51,840 nt of DNA from a bacterium. Its GTDB lineage: Bacteria > Patescibacteriota > Doudnabacteria > UBA920 > VMFF01. This document shows, piece after piece, positions 41,034 through 49,393 of the stretch (positions are counted from its first letter, which is position 1; the number at the start of each line of letters is the position of its first letter). A model generated the notes under the pieces. That model saw only the letters and a program-made list of their open reading frames with translations, ran no database searches and was not told the DNA's origin. The DNA is taken from NCBI GenBank assembly GCA_027348385.1, contig DAIEPO010000002.1, positions 1-51,840 on the forward strand, read 5' to 3'. Position numbers and translations under genes: made by a program.

Positions 41034-41053
41034 TCTTAGAGAAAGAGACATAT

Positions 41054-44000
41054 ATGTTCACTCAATCAGATGAATTCAAAGGCGTAAGAATCAAACTGGC
41101 AAGTCCAGAGACAATACTCTCTTGGTCTCACGGTGAAGTAACCAAGCCAGAAACAATCAACTACAGAACTCAACGACCTGAAAAAGATGGTTTGTTTGAT
41201 GAAAAAATCTTCGGTCCAATAAAAGACTGGGAATGTTACTGTGGTAAATACAAACGTATTCGTTACAAGGGAATTGTTTGTGATAAATGTGGTGTTGAAG
41301 TTACCAGAAGCGCAGTTAGAAGAGAGCGCATGGGTCATATCAAACTCGCAGTTCCAGTTGCACATATTTGGTTTTTAAGAGGTGTACCTTCAAGAATCGG
41401 TGCAATCTTAAACCTTTCAGTTCAAGATCTTGAAAAGGTCTTCTATTTTGCAGCCTACATCATAACCCGCGTAGATGAAGATGCTAGAGGTGCAACCCTA
41501 GAACAAATTGAGGGTGAGTTTAAAGCAAAGAAAAAAGAAATTGAAACTAAATATGAAGCTTTAATTACAAAAGCAAAACAGTTTAAAGATCCTAAAAAAG
41601 ACGCAGAACTTGTTGCTGCAGGAATTGACGCTGAAGTTGTGCGTTTACAAGAAGCTTGGAAAAAAGAACTAGAAACTTTAGAAACAATCAAAGACCAAGC
41701 AAGGTCAGAACTTAAGGGCATCAAAAAAATGCAGATCATTTCTGAACTTGAATACAGAGATCTTTCCTTGAAATATGGTCCTGTTTTTGAAGCAGGTATT
41801 GGTGCTGAAGCTGTAAAAGGTTTGCTAGAAGATATAAACATGGAAGAGCTTTCTAGAGAACTTGATGCAGAACTAGTAAACACTGATGGTTTAGCAAGAA
41901 GAAAAGTTTTGAAGCGCTTAAAGCTTGTTAAAAACATGATTACTGCAGGACTTCGCCCTGAGTGGGGACTAATCACAAACTTGCCAGTAATTCCTCCAGA
42001 TCTTCGTCCAATGGTTCAATTAGACGGTGGACGTTTTGCAGCATCTGACTTAAACGATCTTTACAGAAGAGTCATCAACAGAAATAACCGTTTAAAGAAA
42101 CTTTTGGAAATAAAAGCTCCTGAAGTTATCACTCGTAATGAAAAGCGCATGCTGCAAGAAGCAGTTGATGCTTTAATAGATAACTCCATCAGACATGGTA
42201 AAGAAGTTACTGCATCTACAGGTCAAAAGAGAAAACTAAGATCCCTTGCAGACATGTTAAAAGGAAAGCAAGGACGTTTCAGACAAAACCTCTTAGGTAA
42301 GCGTGTCGACTACTCTGGTCGTTCAGTTATCGTTGTTGGTCCACATTTGAAACTACACCAATGTGGAGTACCAAAGAAAATGGCTTTAGAGCTTTTCAAG
42401 CCTTTCGTCATTTCAAAACTGATTGGTAGAGAATATGCACACAATGTTCGTTCAGCAAACAAACTCATTGAACAAGGCAAACCAGAAGTCTATGACATCT
42501 TGGAAGAAGTTACTAAAGATCACTATGTCTTGCTTAATCGCGCTCCAACCTTACACAGACTTGGTTTCCAAGCATTCCAACCAGTATTAATTGAAGGTAA
42601 AGCTATTCAGCTTCATCCAATGGTTTGTGCTGCTTTCAACGCAGACTTTGATGGAGACCAAATGGCTATCCACGTACCGCTAACAGAAGCAGCTCAAAAA
42701 GAAGCTAGGGAAATAATGGTCTCAGCTCACAACTTGTTGAAACCAGCTTCGGGCGATCCAGTGATGACTCCAGACAAAGACGTTGTTGTCGGATGTTACT
42801 ACATCACAAAATCACAGGATGGTATGAAAGGTGAAGGTAAAATCTTCGGATCTCCAGATGAAGCAATCATGGCTTACAGAAACGATGTCATTCACGTTAA
42901 AGCAAAAGTTAAAATTAGGGTTGATGGTAAACTCCTAGATACTTCAGTTGGAAGAGTCATCTTCAACCAACTCTTACCAAAAGAAATGGGTTTCAGAAAT
43001 GAAATATTCGACAAAAAGAAACTCCAAGCTTTGGTTAGAGAAGCACACAAAATGTATGGCAATGATTTAACTGCAGAGCTAATTGACCGTATTAAAGCAA
43101 CGGGTTTCTTCTATGCAACCAAATCAGGACTTTCCTGGGGTATGGATGACTTAAAGATTCCAGAAATTAAACAAGAATTACTAGCAAAAGCAGACGAAGA
43201 AGTAGAGCAAACATATCAGCACTTTAGAGAAGGTTTGTTAACAGAAGAAGAACGAAAAGCTCAGGTCATTGAAATTTGGTCTGGCGTTTTAGAGGAGCTT
43301 TCCAAGAAAGTTACTCAATCAGTTGATCCAAACGGTTCTGTTAACTCAATGGTTGTTTCAGGAGCTAGAGGTTCTTTTGCTCAGGTTTCCCAGATGGCAG
43401 GTATGAAAGGCCTTGTGGTTAACCCAGCAGGTGATGTCATTGAACTTCCTGTTAAAGGTTCTTTCAAAGAAGGCTTAACAGTTTTGGAATACTTCATTTC
43501 AACCCACGGATCTAGAAAAGGAATGTCAGACACAGCTTTAAGAACAGCTGACGCTGGTTACTTAACTCGTCGTTTAGTTGACGTTGCTCAAGACATTGTT
43601 GTCAACGCAGAAGATTGTGAAACCAAAGACTTCATTGAAGTTACCAGAGAAATGTCTGAAAAGATGAACAAAGATTTCGGTAAGAGACTCTTCGGACGTG
43701 TAGCTGCAGAAGACATCAAAGACAAAGACGGAAAAGTAATTGTTTCCAAAAACCAAGGTATTGATGAAGCAGACTCTAAATTAATTGGAGATGCTCAATC
43801 AGGAATTAACTCTGTTAAATGTCGTTCAGTTTTGAAATGTAAACTAGTTCGAGGTGTTTGCCGTAAATGTTACGGCTTTGACCTTGGATTCAACAAAATG
43901 GTTGAACTAGGAGCAGCTGTTGGAATCGTTGCAGCCCAAGCTATTGGTGAGCCAGGAACTCAGCTAACCATGAGAACCTTCCACACCGGAGGTGTTGCTG

Positions 44001-44929
44001 GATTAGACATTACCCAAGGTTTGCCTCGTGTTGAAGAACTTTTTGAAGCTCGTGAACCAAAAGGACAAGCTTTTGTTTCAGACATTGATGGTATTGCCTA
44101 CATTAGCAAGGCAAGCAACAAAGAATATGCAATTCGAATTGAAGGAGTAGGTGCAGAAAAAGAAGAACATCTTCTAAATGGAGCGCACACTCAATTAAAA
44201 GAAGGCGAGCATGTTACTGAAAACGAAGCTCTCTACATTGACACTAACGGTAAAGCAGAAAAAGCAAAATCAACCGGTATTGTGCATTTAGAAAAAGATA
44301 AAGTTGTCATTGTTAAAGAATCAGAAGAACACCTAAGAGAATACATGGTGCCAACTTCTTTCTCCCTGCTCATTAAAGAAGGGGATCTAATCACTAAAGG
44401 ACAACAGCTTACTGAAGGTAACTTAAACTTAGGACAAGTCTTGGCATTAAGAGGTGTTCAAGATGCTCAAAACTACATTGTTCAAGAAGTTCAAGACATC
44501 TACGTTTCTCAAGGTCAGAACATCCATGACAAACACGTTGAAGTAATGGTCAGACAGATGTTCTCCAAGATGCGCATTACTGATTCAGGAGATTCTGAAT
44601 TCTTAATGGGTGATTTAATCGACAAAGCAAGATTAAACGATACCAACGAAAAACTTTCTGCGGACGGTAGAAAACCAGCACAAGCAGAACAGCTCTTAAT
44701 GGGTATTACTAAAGTATCATTAAACACTGAATCATTCTTAGCAGCCGCTTCTTTCCAAGAAACAACTCGTGTCTTAATCGAAGCAGCGCTTGCAGCAAAG
44801 ACAGACCACTTAAGAGGTCTTAAAGAAAACGTTATTATCGGTAAACTAATTCCAGCAGGAACTGGTTTTAACCCACAAAACGCTGAGGAAATAGACACAG
44901 ACTTAGTGGTTGCTCAAAGCGAAGAATAA
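41054..44929 (+). CDS. rpoC: RNA polymerase beta' subunit
   Basis: Zn finger CYCGKY..CDKC, catalytic [20 protein letters not shown]. Confidence 0.99.
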   Translation: MFTQSDEFKGVRIKLASPETILSWSHGEVTKPETINYRTQRPEKDGLFDEKIFGPIKDWECYCGKYKRIRYKGIVCDKCGVEVTRSAVRRERMGHIKLAVPVAHIWFLRGVPSRIGAILNLSVQDLEKVFYFAAYIITRVDEDARGATLEQIEGEFKAKKKEIETKYEALITKAKQFKDPKKDAELVAAGIDAEVVRLQEAWKKELETLETIKDQARSELKGIKKMQIISELEYRDLSLKYGPVFEAGIGAEAVKGLLEDINMEELSRELDAELVNTDGLARRKVLKRLKLVKNMITAGLRPEWGLITNLPVIPPDLRPMVQLDGGRFAASDLNDLYRRVINRNNRLKKLLEIKAPEVITRNEKRMLQEAVDALIDNSIRHGKEVTASTGQKRKLRSLADMLKGKQGRFRQNLLGKRVDYSGRSVIVVGPHLKLHQCGVPKKMALELFKPFVISKLIGREYAHNVRSANKLIEQGKPEVYDILEEVTKDHYVLLNRAPTLHRLGFQAFQPVLIEGKAIQLHPMVCAAFNADFDGDQMAIHVPLTEAAQKEAREIMVSAHNLLKPASGDPVMTPDKDVVVGCYYITKSQDGMKGEGKIFGSPDEAIMAYRNDVIHVKAKVKIRVDGKLLDTSVGRVIFNQLLPKEMGFRNEIFDKKKLQALVREAHKMYGNDLTAELIDRIKATGFFYATKSGLSWGMDDLKIPEIKQELLAKADEEVEQTYQHFREGLLTEEERKAQVIEIWSGVLEELSKKVTQSVDPNGSVNSMVVSGARGSFAQVSQMAGMKGLVVNPAGDVIELPVKGSFKEGLTVLEYFISTHGSRKGMSDTALRTADAGYLTRRLVDVAQDIVVNAEDCETKDFIEVTREMSEKMNKDFGKRLFGRVAAEDIKDKDGKVIVSKNQGIDEADSKLIGDAQSGINSVKCRSVLKCKLVRGVCRKCYGFDLGFNKMVELGAAVGIVAAQAIGEPGTQLTMRTFHTGGVAGLDITQGLPRVEELFEAREPKGQAFVSDIDGIAYISKASNKEYAIRIEGVGAEKEEHLLNGAHTQLKEGEHVTENEALYIDTNGKAEKAKSTGIVHLEKDKVVIVKESEEHLREYMVPTSFSLLIKEGDLITKGQQLTEGNLNLGQVLALRGVQDAQNYIVQEVQDIYVSQGQNIHDKHVEVMVRQMFSKMRITDSGDSEFLMGDLIDKARLNDTNEKLSADGRKPAQAEQLLMGITKVSLNTESFLAAASFQETTRVLIEAALAAKTDHLRGLKENVIIGKLIPAGTGFNPQNAEEIDTDLVVAQSEE

Positions 44930-44940
44930 CTGAAAAGAAA

Positions 44941-44997
44941 AAAGAAAAAGACTCCGGAATTCCGGAGTCTTTTTTAGTGTCGGCCACCACCCTCACC
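44941..44997 (-). ncRNA. Candidate antisense sRNA to the adjacent tRNA-like RNA
   Basis: Promoter TTGACT(45027-45032)-17nt-TAATAT(45004-45009); predicted RNA GGUGAGGGUGGUGGCCGACAC + terminator; 44981-45000 is a 19/20 inverted repeat of 45073-45092. Confidence 0.55.
44945..44974. terminator. Bidirectional terminator after rpoC (copy 1)
   Basis: Perfect palindrome AAAAAGACTCCGGAATTCCGGAGTCTTTTT. Confidence 0.88.
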
Positions 44998-45036
44998 AAG
45001 AATATATTAATAGCCAGACAGTATTTAGTCAATCCA

Positions 45037-45108
45037 TGGTGGAAGTAACGGGATTCAAACCCGTGACCACTACTTGGTGAGGGTGGTGGTCGCCAGCCTG
45101 CTACTCCC
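45037..45108 (-). ncRNA. D-arm-less tRNA-like RNA (or pseudo-tRNA) with alanine-type acceptor stem
   Basis: GGGAGTA/TACTTCC 7-bp acceptor with G3.U70, A73, encoded CCA; T-arm ACGGG-TTTGAAT-CCCGT; central stem GACCAC/GTGGTC; 72 nt. Confidence 0.7.
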
Positions 45109-45164
45109 TTATTCTTTCCCTGCTATATATACTCCAGAGATATTAAATATTCATTAAGAAATAA

Positions 45165-45197
45165 TTAAAAGACTCCGGAATGTTCCGGAGTTTTTAA
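45165..45197. terminator. Terminator (copy 2), near-duplicate of 44945-44974
   Basis: TTAAAAGACTCCGGAA-tg-TTCCGGAGTTTTTAA. Confidence 0.8.
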
Positions 45198-45228
45198 GAA
45201 GCAGTAGAACGCCTAACCAAGGTTGCAA

Positions 45229-46050
45229 TTAAATCAAACCTTTGCCTGAATTAATTATAACGACTCTATCGCTTTCTTTAAAATTTAACTTGGAAAGTGC
45301 GCCAACCACAACCGCACTCGATGGCTCGCAATCCATGAACTTTTTTGCATAGACAAAAGCCAAATGTATTTCATCTTCACTCAATTTAATTATCTTATGT
45401 CCAGCCTCTAGGATTGATTGGATGTTTTTGCTATATGGTGTCCACGGTGTGTGTAGTTTATCAGCAAATGATGGATTAGATTCTGGGGTTATCCCGATCA
45501 ATTTAGTTTCTAACTTTGTTTTTTGCAACCCATTAAACAAGCCTACAAATGCCTCACCACTTCCAACTGGGCAAACAAGATAATCAGGATTATTTTTTTC
45601 CAGCTCTTCAATTATTGATTCATATGCTTCGTGGAATCCATTCGTTGAGTCCCAAATTACTTCTTTATCATTTTCTCTCGCTACCGCGATAATTTCTTTT
45701 GATTCTAGAATTTTTTCTGATAAGTTCGCTTCTATGACTTTTGTACATGTTTCTTCTAAGACTTGTTTGATAGTGGGGGACAAATTTAAATCTACTATGG
45801 AAACAGTCTTTATATCTGATTCATTTGCAAATTTGGCAAGAGAAAATCCTGCATTTCCCGAAGTAATAATGCAAAGTTTATTGACCAATTCATCTTTTGC
45901 TTTTTTAATAATGACTTCTGATCGTCTATCCTTCCAAGTACCGAAAGGGTTTTTACTCTCGTCTTTCACGAGTAAATTAGGAAGATTAAACTTCCTACAA
46001 AACTCATCTACTTTAACCAATGGTGTTTTCCCTGATTTAAATCCTGCCAT
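45229..46050 (-). CDS. PLP-dependent fold-type II enzyme (threonine synthase-like, short form)
   Basis: KDESKNPFGTWKDR, TSGNAG, PVGSGE, EPSSA, INSGKG. Confidence 0.8.
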   Translation of the reverse strand: MAGFKSGKTPLVKVDEFCRKFNLPNLLVKDESKNPFGTWKDRRSEVIIKKAKDELVNKLCIITSGNAGFSLAKFANESDIKTVSIVDLNLSPTIKQVLEETCTKVIEANLSEKILESKEIIAVARENDKEVIWDSTNGFHEAYESIIEELEKNNPDYLVCPVGSGEAFVGLFNGLQKTKLETKLIGITPESNPSFADKLHTPWTPYSKNIQSILEAGHKIIKLSEDEIHLAFVYAKKFMDCEPSSAVVVGALSKLNFKESDRVVIINSGKGLI

Positions 46051-46078
46051 GCTATTTCGATAATTCTTCTATATCCTT

Positions 46079-48238
46079 TTATTTTTCCCACTCTGAAATC
46101 ATCAGGAGATCTTTTTGATTTAGATTGCTCCAGATTTCCTCTGTAACAAAGGGCATAAATGGATGTAGCAGTTTTAGTGTTGTTTTCAACGTTTTTGCAA
46201 GAACAGCCTTGGTATTTGCAGAAAGTTCAGGATCTTGTAGCTGAGCTTTGCTTGCTTCAATATATATATCAGCAAGTTCATGCCAGGTAAAATGATATGC
46301 AGCTTGAGCAGCCTCATTTAACCTCAATCCTTCAATGTTTTCTGTGATTTCTTTTGTTGCTAATTCTAGTTTAGAGAGTATTTCTTTATCTGCTTCAGTT
46401 AACTTAGCTTGATCAATCTTTGTTTCAAAGTCATCAGTGTTGCTTAAAATGAATCGAGCAATGTTCCAAAGCTTGTTTGCAAAATGCTTCATTCCTTTAA
46501 TCTTTTCTTCTGCTAGTGGAATATCATTTCCTGCTGCAGTAGAAAATATCAAAGCAATACGCAAAGCATCAGTGCCATATGTATCAATGACACCTAAAGG
46601 ATCGATAATATTGCCTTTGCTTTTGCTCATCTTTTGTTTGTCTTTGTCTCTGATCAAACCATGTAAGTATATGGTTTTAAACGGAATCTCTTCTAAGAGG
46701 TAGGTGGTCATTAAAATCATGCGAGCTACCCAGAAGAAAATAATGTCATAACCAGTTTCTAAGACAGAGGTAGGATGGAATAATTCCATGTCTTTGGTTT
46801 TGTTTGGCCAACCAAGAGTTGAAAATGTCCAAAGTCCTGAAGAAAACCAAGTGTCTAGAGTATCAGGATCTTGTTCCCAGCCAGATTCTTTTGGTGCCTC
46901 AATACCGCAGTGTACCTGATCACCTTTATACCAAACTGGTATTTGATGACCATACCAAATCTGCCTGCTTATACACCAGTCTTTTAAGTTATCAATCCAA
47001 TGGAAATATGTTTTCTGGAAGTGATCCGGATATATTTTAATTAACCCTGATTCAACAGTATGGCGCATGAGTTTTTTCAAGGTTGCTTTTTCAGAAGCAG
47101 GGAAGTTTAGCTTTTGTTCAGGGCTTAATTCAAACTCTTTGTTAACATCAATGAACCATTGTTTCATTATCTGGGGTTCAATAATCCCGCCACCTCTAGA
47201 GTTTGTTGCAATTCTGTGAGCATACTTTTCATCAATCTTTTCAATCAAACCTTTAGATTGTAGTTTTTCAATGATTAAGGGACGAGCTTTTTTAATGTGC
47301 AATCCTGTAAATTCTCCAGCAATTGCTAAAAGCTTACCTTTTTGATCAATGATTTGTTCAAAATCAAGGTTGTGTCTTTTTGCAATTTCATTGTCTGCAG
47401 CATCGTGCCAAGGAGTAATTGTCATTACACCTGTGCCAAACTCCATATCAATTGAATCGTCTTTGATGATTGTTGCTTTAACAGGTCCATTAATCCATTC
47501 AAGTTCGATTTGTTGACCATGGGTATATTGAGTATATCGTTTGTCTTCTGGATGCATGACAACATATTTGTCACCAAATTTTGTTTCCGGACGAGCAGTG
47601 GCAATAGTGAAAGGGCCATACTTAAGATAGTAGAGGGAAGTGATTTCATCCTTCCATTCAATCTCATCATCAGAAACAGTTGTCTGCATCTTTGGATCCC
47701 AGTTAACCATTCTATTACCGCGATATATTAATCCAGCATCATACATTTTTTTAAACGCAGTTTTAACAGCTAAATTTCTGTCTGGATCGAGAGTGTACGC
47801 TTCTCTGCTCCAGTCTAATGAAGCTCCCATGCGTTTTGTTTGCTCAATAATCGTGTCATGACTTTCTTGAGCATATTTTTCAACACGTTTCAAAAATTCC
47901 TCACGTCCTAAATCATGGCGAGTTTTTTCTTCAGCTTTGTAAATCATTGCTTCAACCTTTGATTGAGTTGCAATTGCAGCATGATCTGTTCCTGGAAGCC
48001 AAAGTGTTTTAAAGCCAGACATCCTATGATATCTAATCAAGATATCTTGAATTACTAACATCAAGGCATGGCCAATATGAAGAATGCCAGTAACATTTGG
48101 TGGGGGCAGAACAATGTTGTAAGTTTTTGTTCTTGCACCAGGCAAGTTATCCGGATTAAAATATCCAGAATCTAACCATTTCTGGTAGATCTTTGATTCT
48201 GTTTCTTTTGGATTGTATGCTGAAGATATTTCTTTCAT
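46079..48238 (-). CDS. valS: Valine--tRNA ligase (short form)
   Basis: PPPNVTG.LHIGH, PGTDHAAIATQ, WCISRQ, DTWFSS, KMSKS. Confidence 0.96.
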   Translation of the reverse strand: MKEISSAYNPKETESKIYQKWLDSGYFNPDNLPGARTKTYNIVLPPPNVTGILHIGHALMLVIQDILIRYHRMSGFKTLWLPGTDHAAIATQSKVEAMIYKAEEKTRHDLGREEFLKRVEKYAQESHDTIIEQTKRMGASLDWSREAYTLDPDRNLAVKTAFKKMYDAGLIYRGNRMVNWDPKMQTTVSDDEIEWKDEITSLYYLKYGPFTIATARPETKFGDKYVVMHPEDKRYTQYTHGQQIELEWINGPVKATIIKDDSIDMEFGTGVMTITPWHDAADNEIAKRHNLDFEQIIDQKGKLLAIAGEFTGLHIKKARPLIIEKLQSKGLIEKIDEKYAHRIATNSRGGGIIEPQIMKQWFIDVNKEFELSPEQKLNFPASEKATLKKLMRHTVESGLIKIYPDHFQKTYFHWIDNLKDWCISRQIWYGHQIPVWYKGDQVHCGIEAPKESGWEQDPDTLDTWFSSGLWTFSTLGWPNKTKDMELFHPTSVLETGYDIIFFWVARMILMTTYLLEEIPFKTIYLHGLIRDKDKQKMSKSKGNIIDPLGVIDTYGTDALRIALIFSTAAGNDIPLAEEKIKGMKHFANKLWNIARFILSNTDDFETKIDQAKLTEADKEILSKLELATKEITENIEGLRLNEAAQAAYHFTWHELADIYIEASKAQLQDPELSANTKAVLAKTLKTTLKLLHPFMPFVTEEIWSNLNQKDLLMISEWEK

Positions 48239-48250
48239 ATATTTTTAGGG

Positions 48251-48424
48251 AAAAATAAAAAGCACTGGAAGTGCTCAAGTTCGCCCCTTGGGCGAGTTAC
48301 CAACTTGATTGGTTCTTAATTTCGTCTTTTTAACGCAAGACCTGCGGCAGGTTCTAGTCTTACAAATGTAATTTCTTCCTGCACCTACCCATTTAAGAGT
48401 TTCCGGTGACAGCCGGATTGGCTT
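48251..48424 (-). promoter_or_regulatory. T-box-like riboswitch leader of valS
   Basis: Antiterminator TCAAGT-[TGGTAAC]-TCGCCC-aag-GGGCGA-ACTTGA; terminator GAGCACT-tcc-AGTGCTT-TTTATTTTT; stem II-like hairpin and CGTTA element upstream; promoter TTGCTA-17nt-TATGAT (48459-48431). Confidence 0.65.
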
Positions 48425-48501
48425 TCCATAATCATACCCAAAATGTTTATATTTAGCAAGAAATCCTCAAAAACCCCTGTGTTTATTGACTTTTTTAGTA
48501 C

Positions 48502-48530
48502 TTTACAAATTGATATGGTTATCATATAAT
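48502..48530 (+). promoter_or_regulatory. Sigma70 promoter of the GC-rich secreted-protein gene
   Basis: TTTACA-17nt-TATAAT; TGATA-N4-TATCA palindrome in the spacer. Confidence 0.65.
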
Positions 48531-48636
48531 CCAGATACCCTTTGGAAGGCCGGCAACCGTGTCGGTCTGGGGCCACTCGTTCGCACCCGTATATGTGCGT
48601 CTCGAGCGTACATTACAGGTGTAAGGAGGAACACGC

Positions 48637-49182
48637 ATGATGACCCGAAACCGGGCCGCTCCACTGGTGGCGATGATCGTGATCGTCGCTGCCACGATGC
48701 TCATCGCCGTGACGCCTGCACAGGCCACCGCGACGACCCAGACCAAGCTTCAGCAGTTCAACGAAGCGCCGGCCATCAACCAGGCCGCCATCGCCACCCC
48801 CGCCGACTTCGGCTTGGCCCTGGAGGTGGCCAGTCCCCCCGATGTTGCGTGGGCGAGTTCCAACCAGGTGTTCGCGAACTACACGGCTGCTTCGGTCTCG
48901 ACGCGCGCTGCCCCGGTCAACGTGGCCCTGGTGACGAATTCGACGGTTGACGCGAAGAAGAACCTCGTGCTCGGCGCCGCTCGCGCCGCGCCGCTGGCCG
49001 CTCAGAACAACAACCTCACGTACTCGGCCGCCGGCAACGCTGCGAACGACTTCAAGATGAACCTCGTGATCGAGAATACCCGCGTCGCGCCGGCTACGAA
49101 CGACATGAAGATCGCCGCGATCGGCCAGATCAACGACGCGAAGAAGACCGCTGCGAGCTACGGCGCCGTCGACGGCGCCTGA
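48637..49182 (+). CDS. GC-rich orphan secreted Ala/Asn/Thr-rich protein
   Basis: AAGGAGG RBS; Sec-type signal ending AQA; strong G/C bias at codon position 3. Confidence 0.8.
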   Translation: MMTRNRAAPLVAMIVIVAATMLIAVTPAQATATTQTKLQQFNEAPAINQAAIATPADFGLALEVASPPDVAWASSNQVFANYTAASVSTRAAPVNVALVTNSTVDAKKNLVLGAARAAPLAAQNNNLTYSAAGNAANDFKMNLVIENTRVAPATNDMKIAAIGQINDAKKTAASYGAVDGA

Positions 49183-49184
49183 CG

Positions 49185-49387
49185 CTCGGCTCCACGAGCC
49201 GAGGTCGACCGGGGTTGGCACCGGAATTCCGGTCAAGGTAATGTCGTGAGGTAGCAACCAGAGCAGTACAAGAAGCCCAAGGTTCGCAACCTTGCGCTGT
49301 CCTCATGCGTACATGAACGAGTGCCAAGCCCCGCTTGGCCTCGGCTCCTTGAACCCCGACCCGCACCACAATGCAGGCCGGGGTTCA
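49185..49387 (+). other. Multi-hairpin structured 3' region, possible ncRNA
   Basis: At least five hairpins; CTCGGCTC occurs twice with a single complementary partner. Confidence 0.5.
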
Positions 49388-49393
49388 TGCTTT

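Noticed and set aside
44978..45000. AGGGTGGT on the minus strand as a second T-box sequence
   Set aside because: No antiterminator helices can be built around it and no gene follows on that strand
45036..45080. Plus-strand mini-ORF MVEVTGFKPVTTTW
   Set aside because: Typical reverse-complement translation of a tRNA 3' end; no SD
45037..45108. Canonical tRNA-Val(CAC) or tRNA-Ala gene
   Set aside because: No D-stem, no U8, mismatched anticodon stem, C at 37 and U at 56; reported as tRNA-like instead
48385..48429. Short ORF MESQSGCHRKLLNG in the valS leader as a leader peptide
   Set aside because: No Val codons, and its ATG lies 1 nt after the -10 box, upstream of the expected TSS
48613..49257. 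214-aa minus-strand ORF
   Set aside because: Antisense shadow of the GC3-rich gene 48637-49182, which has the promoter, SD and signal peptide
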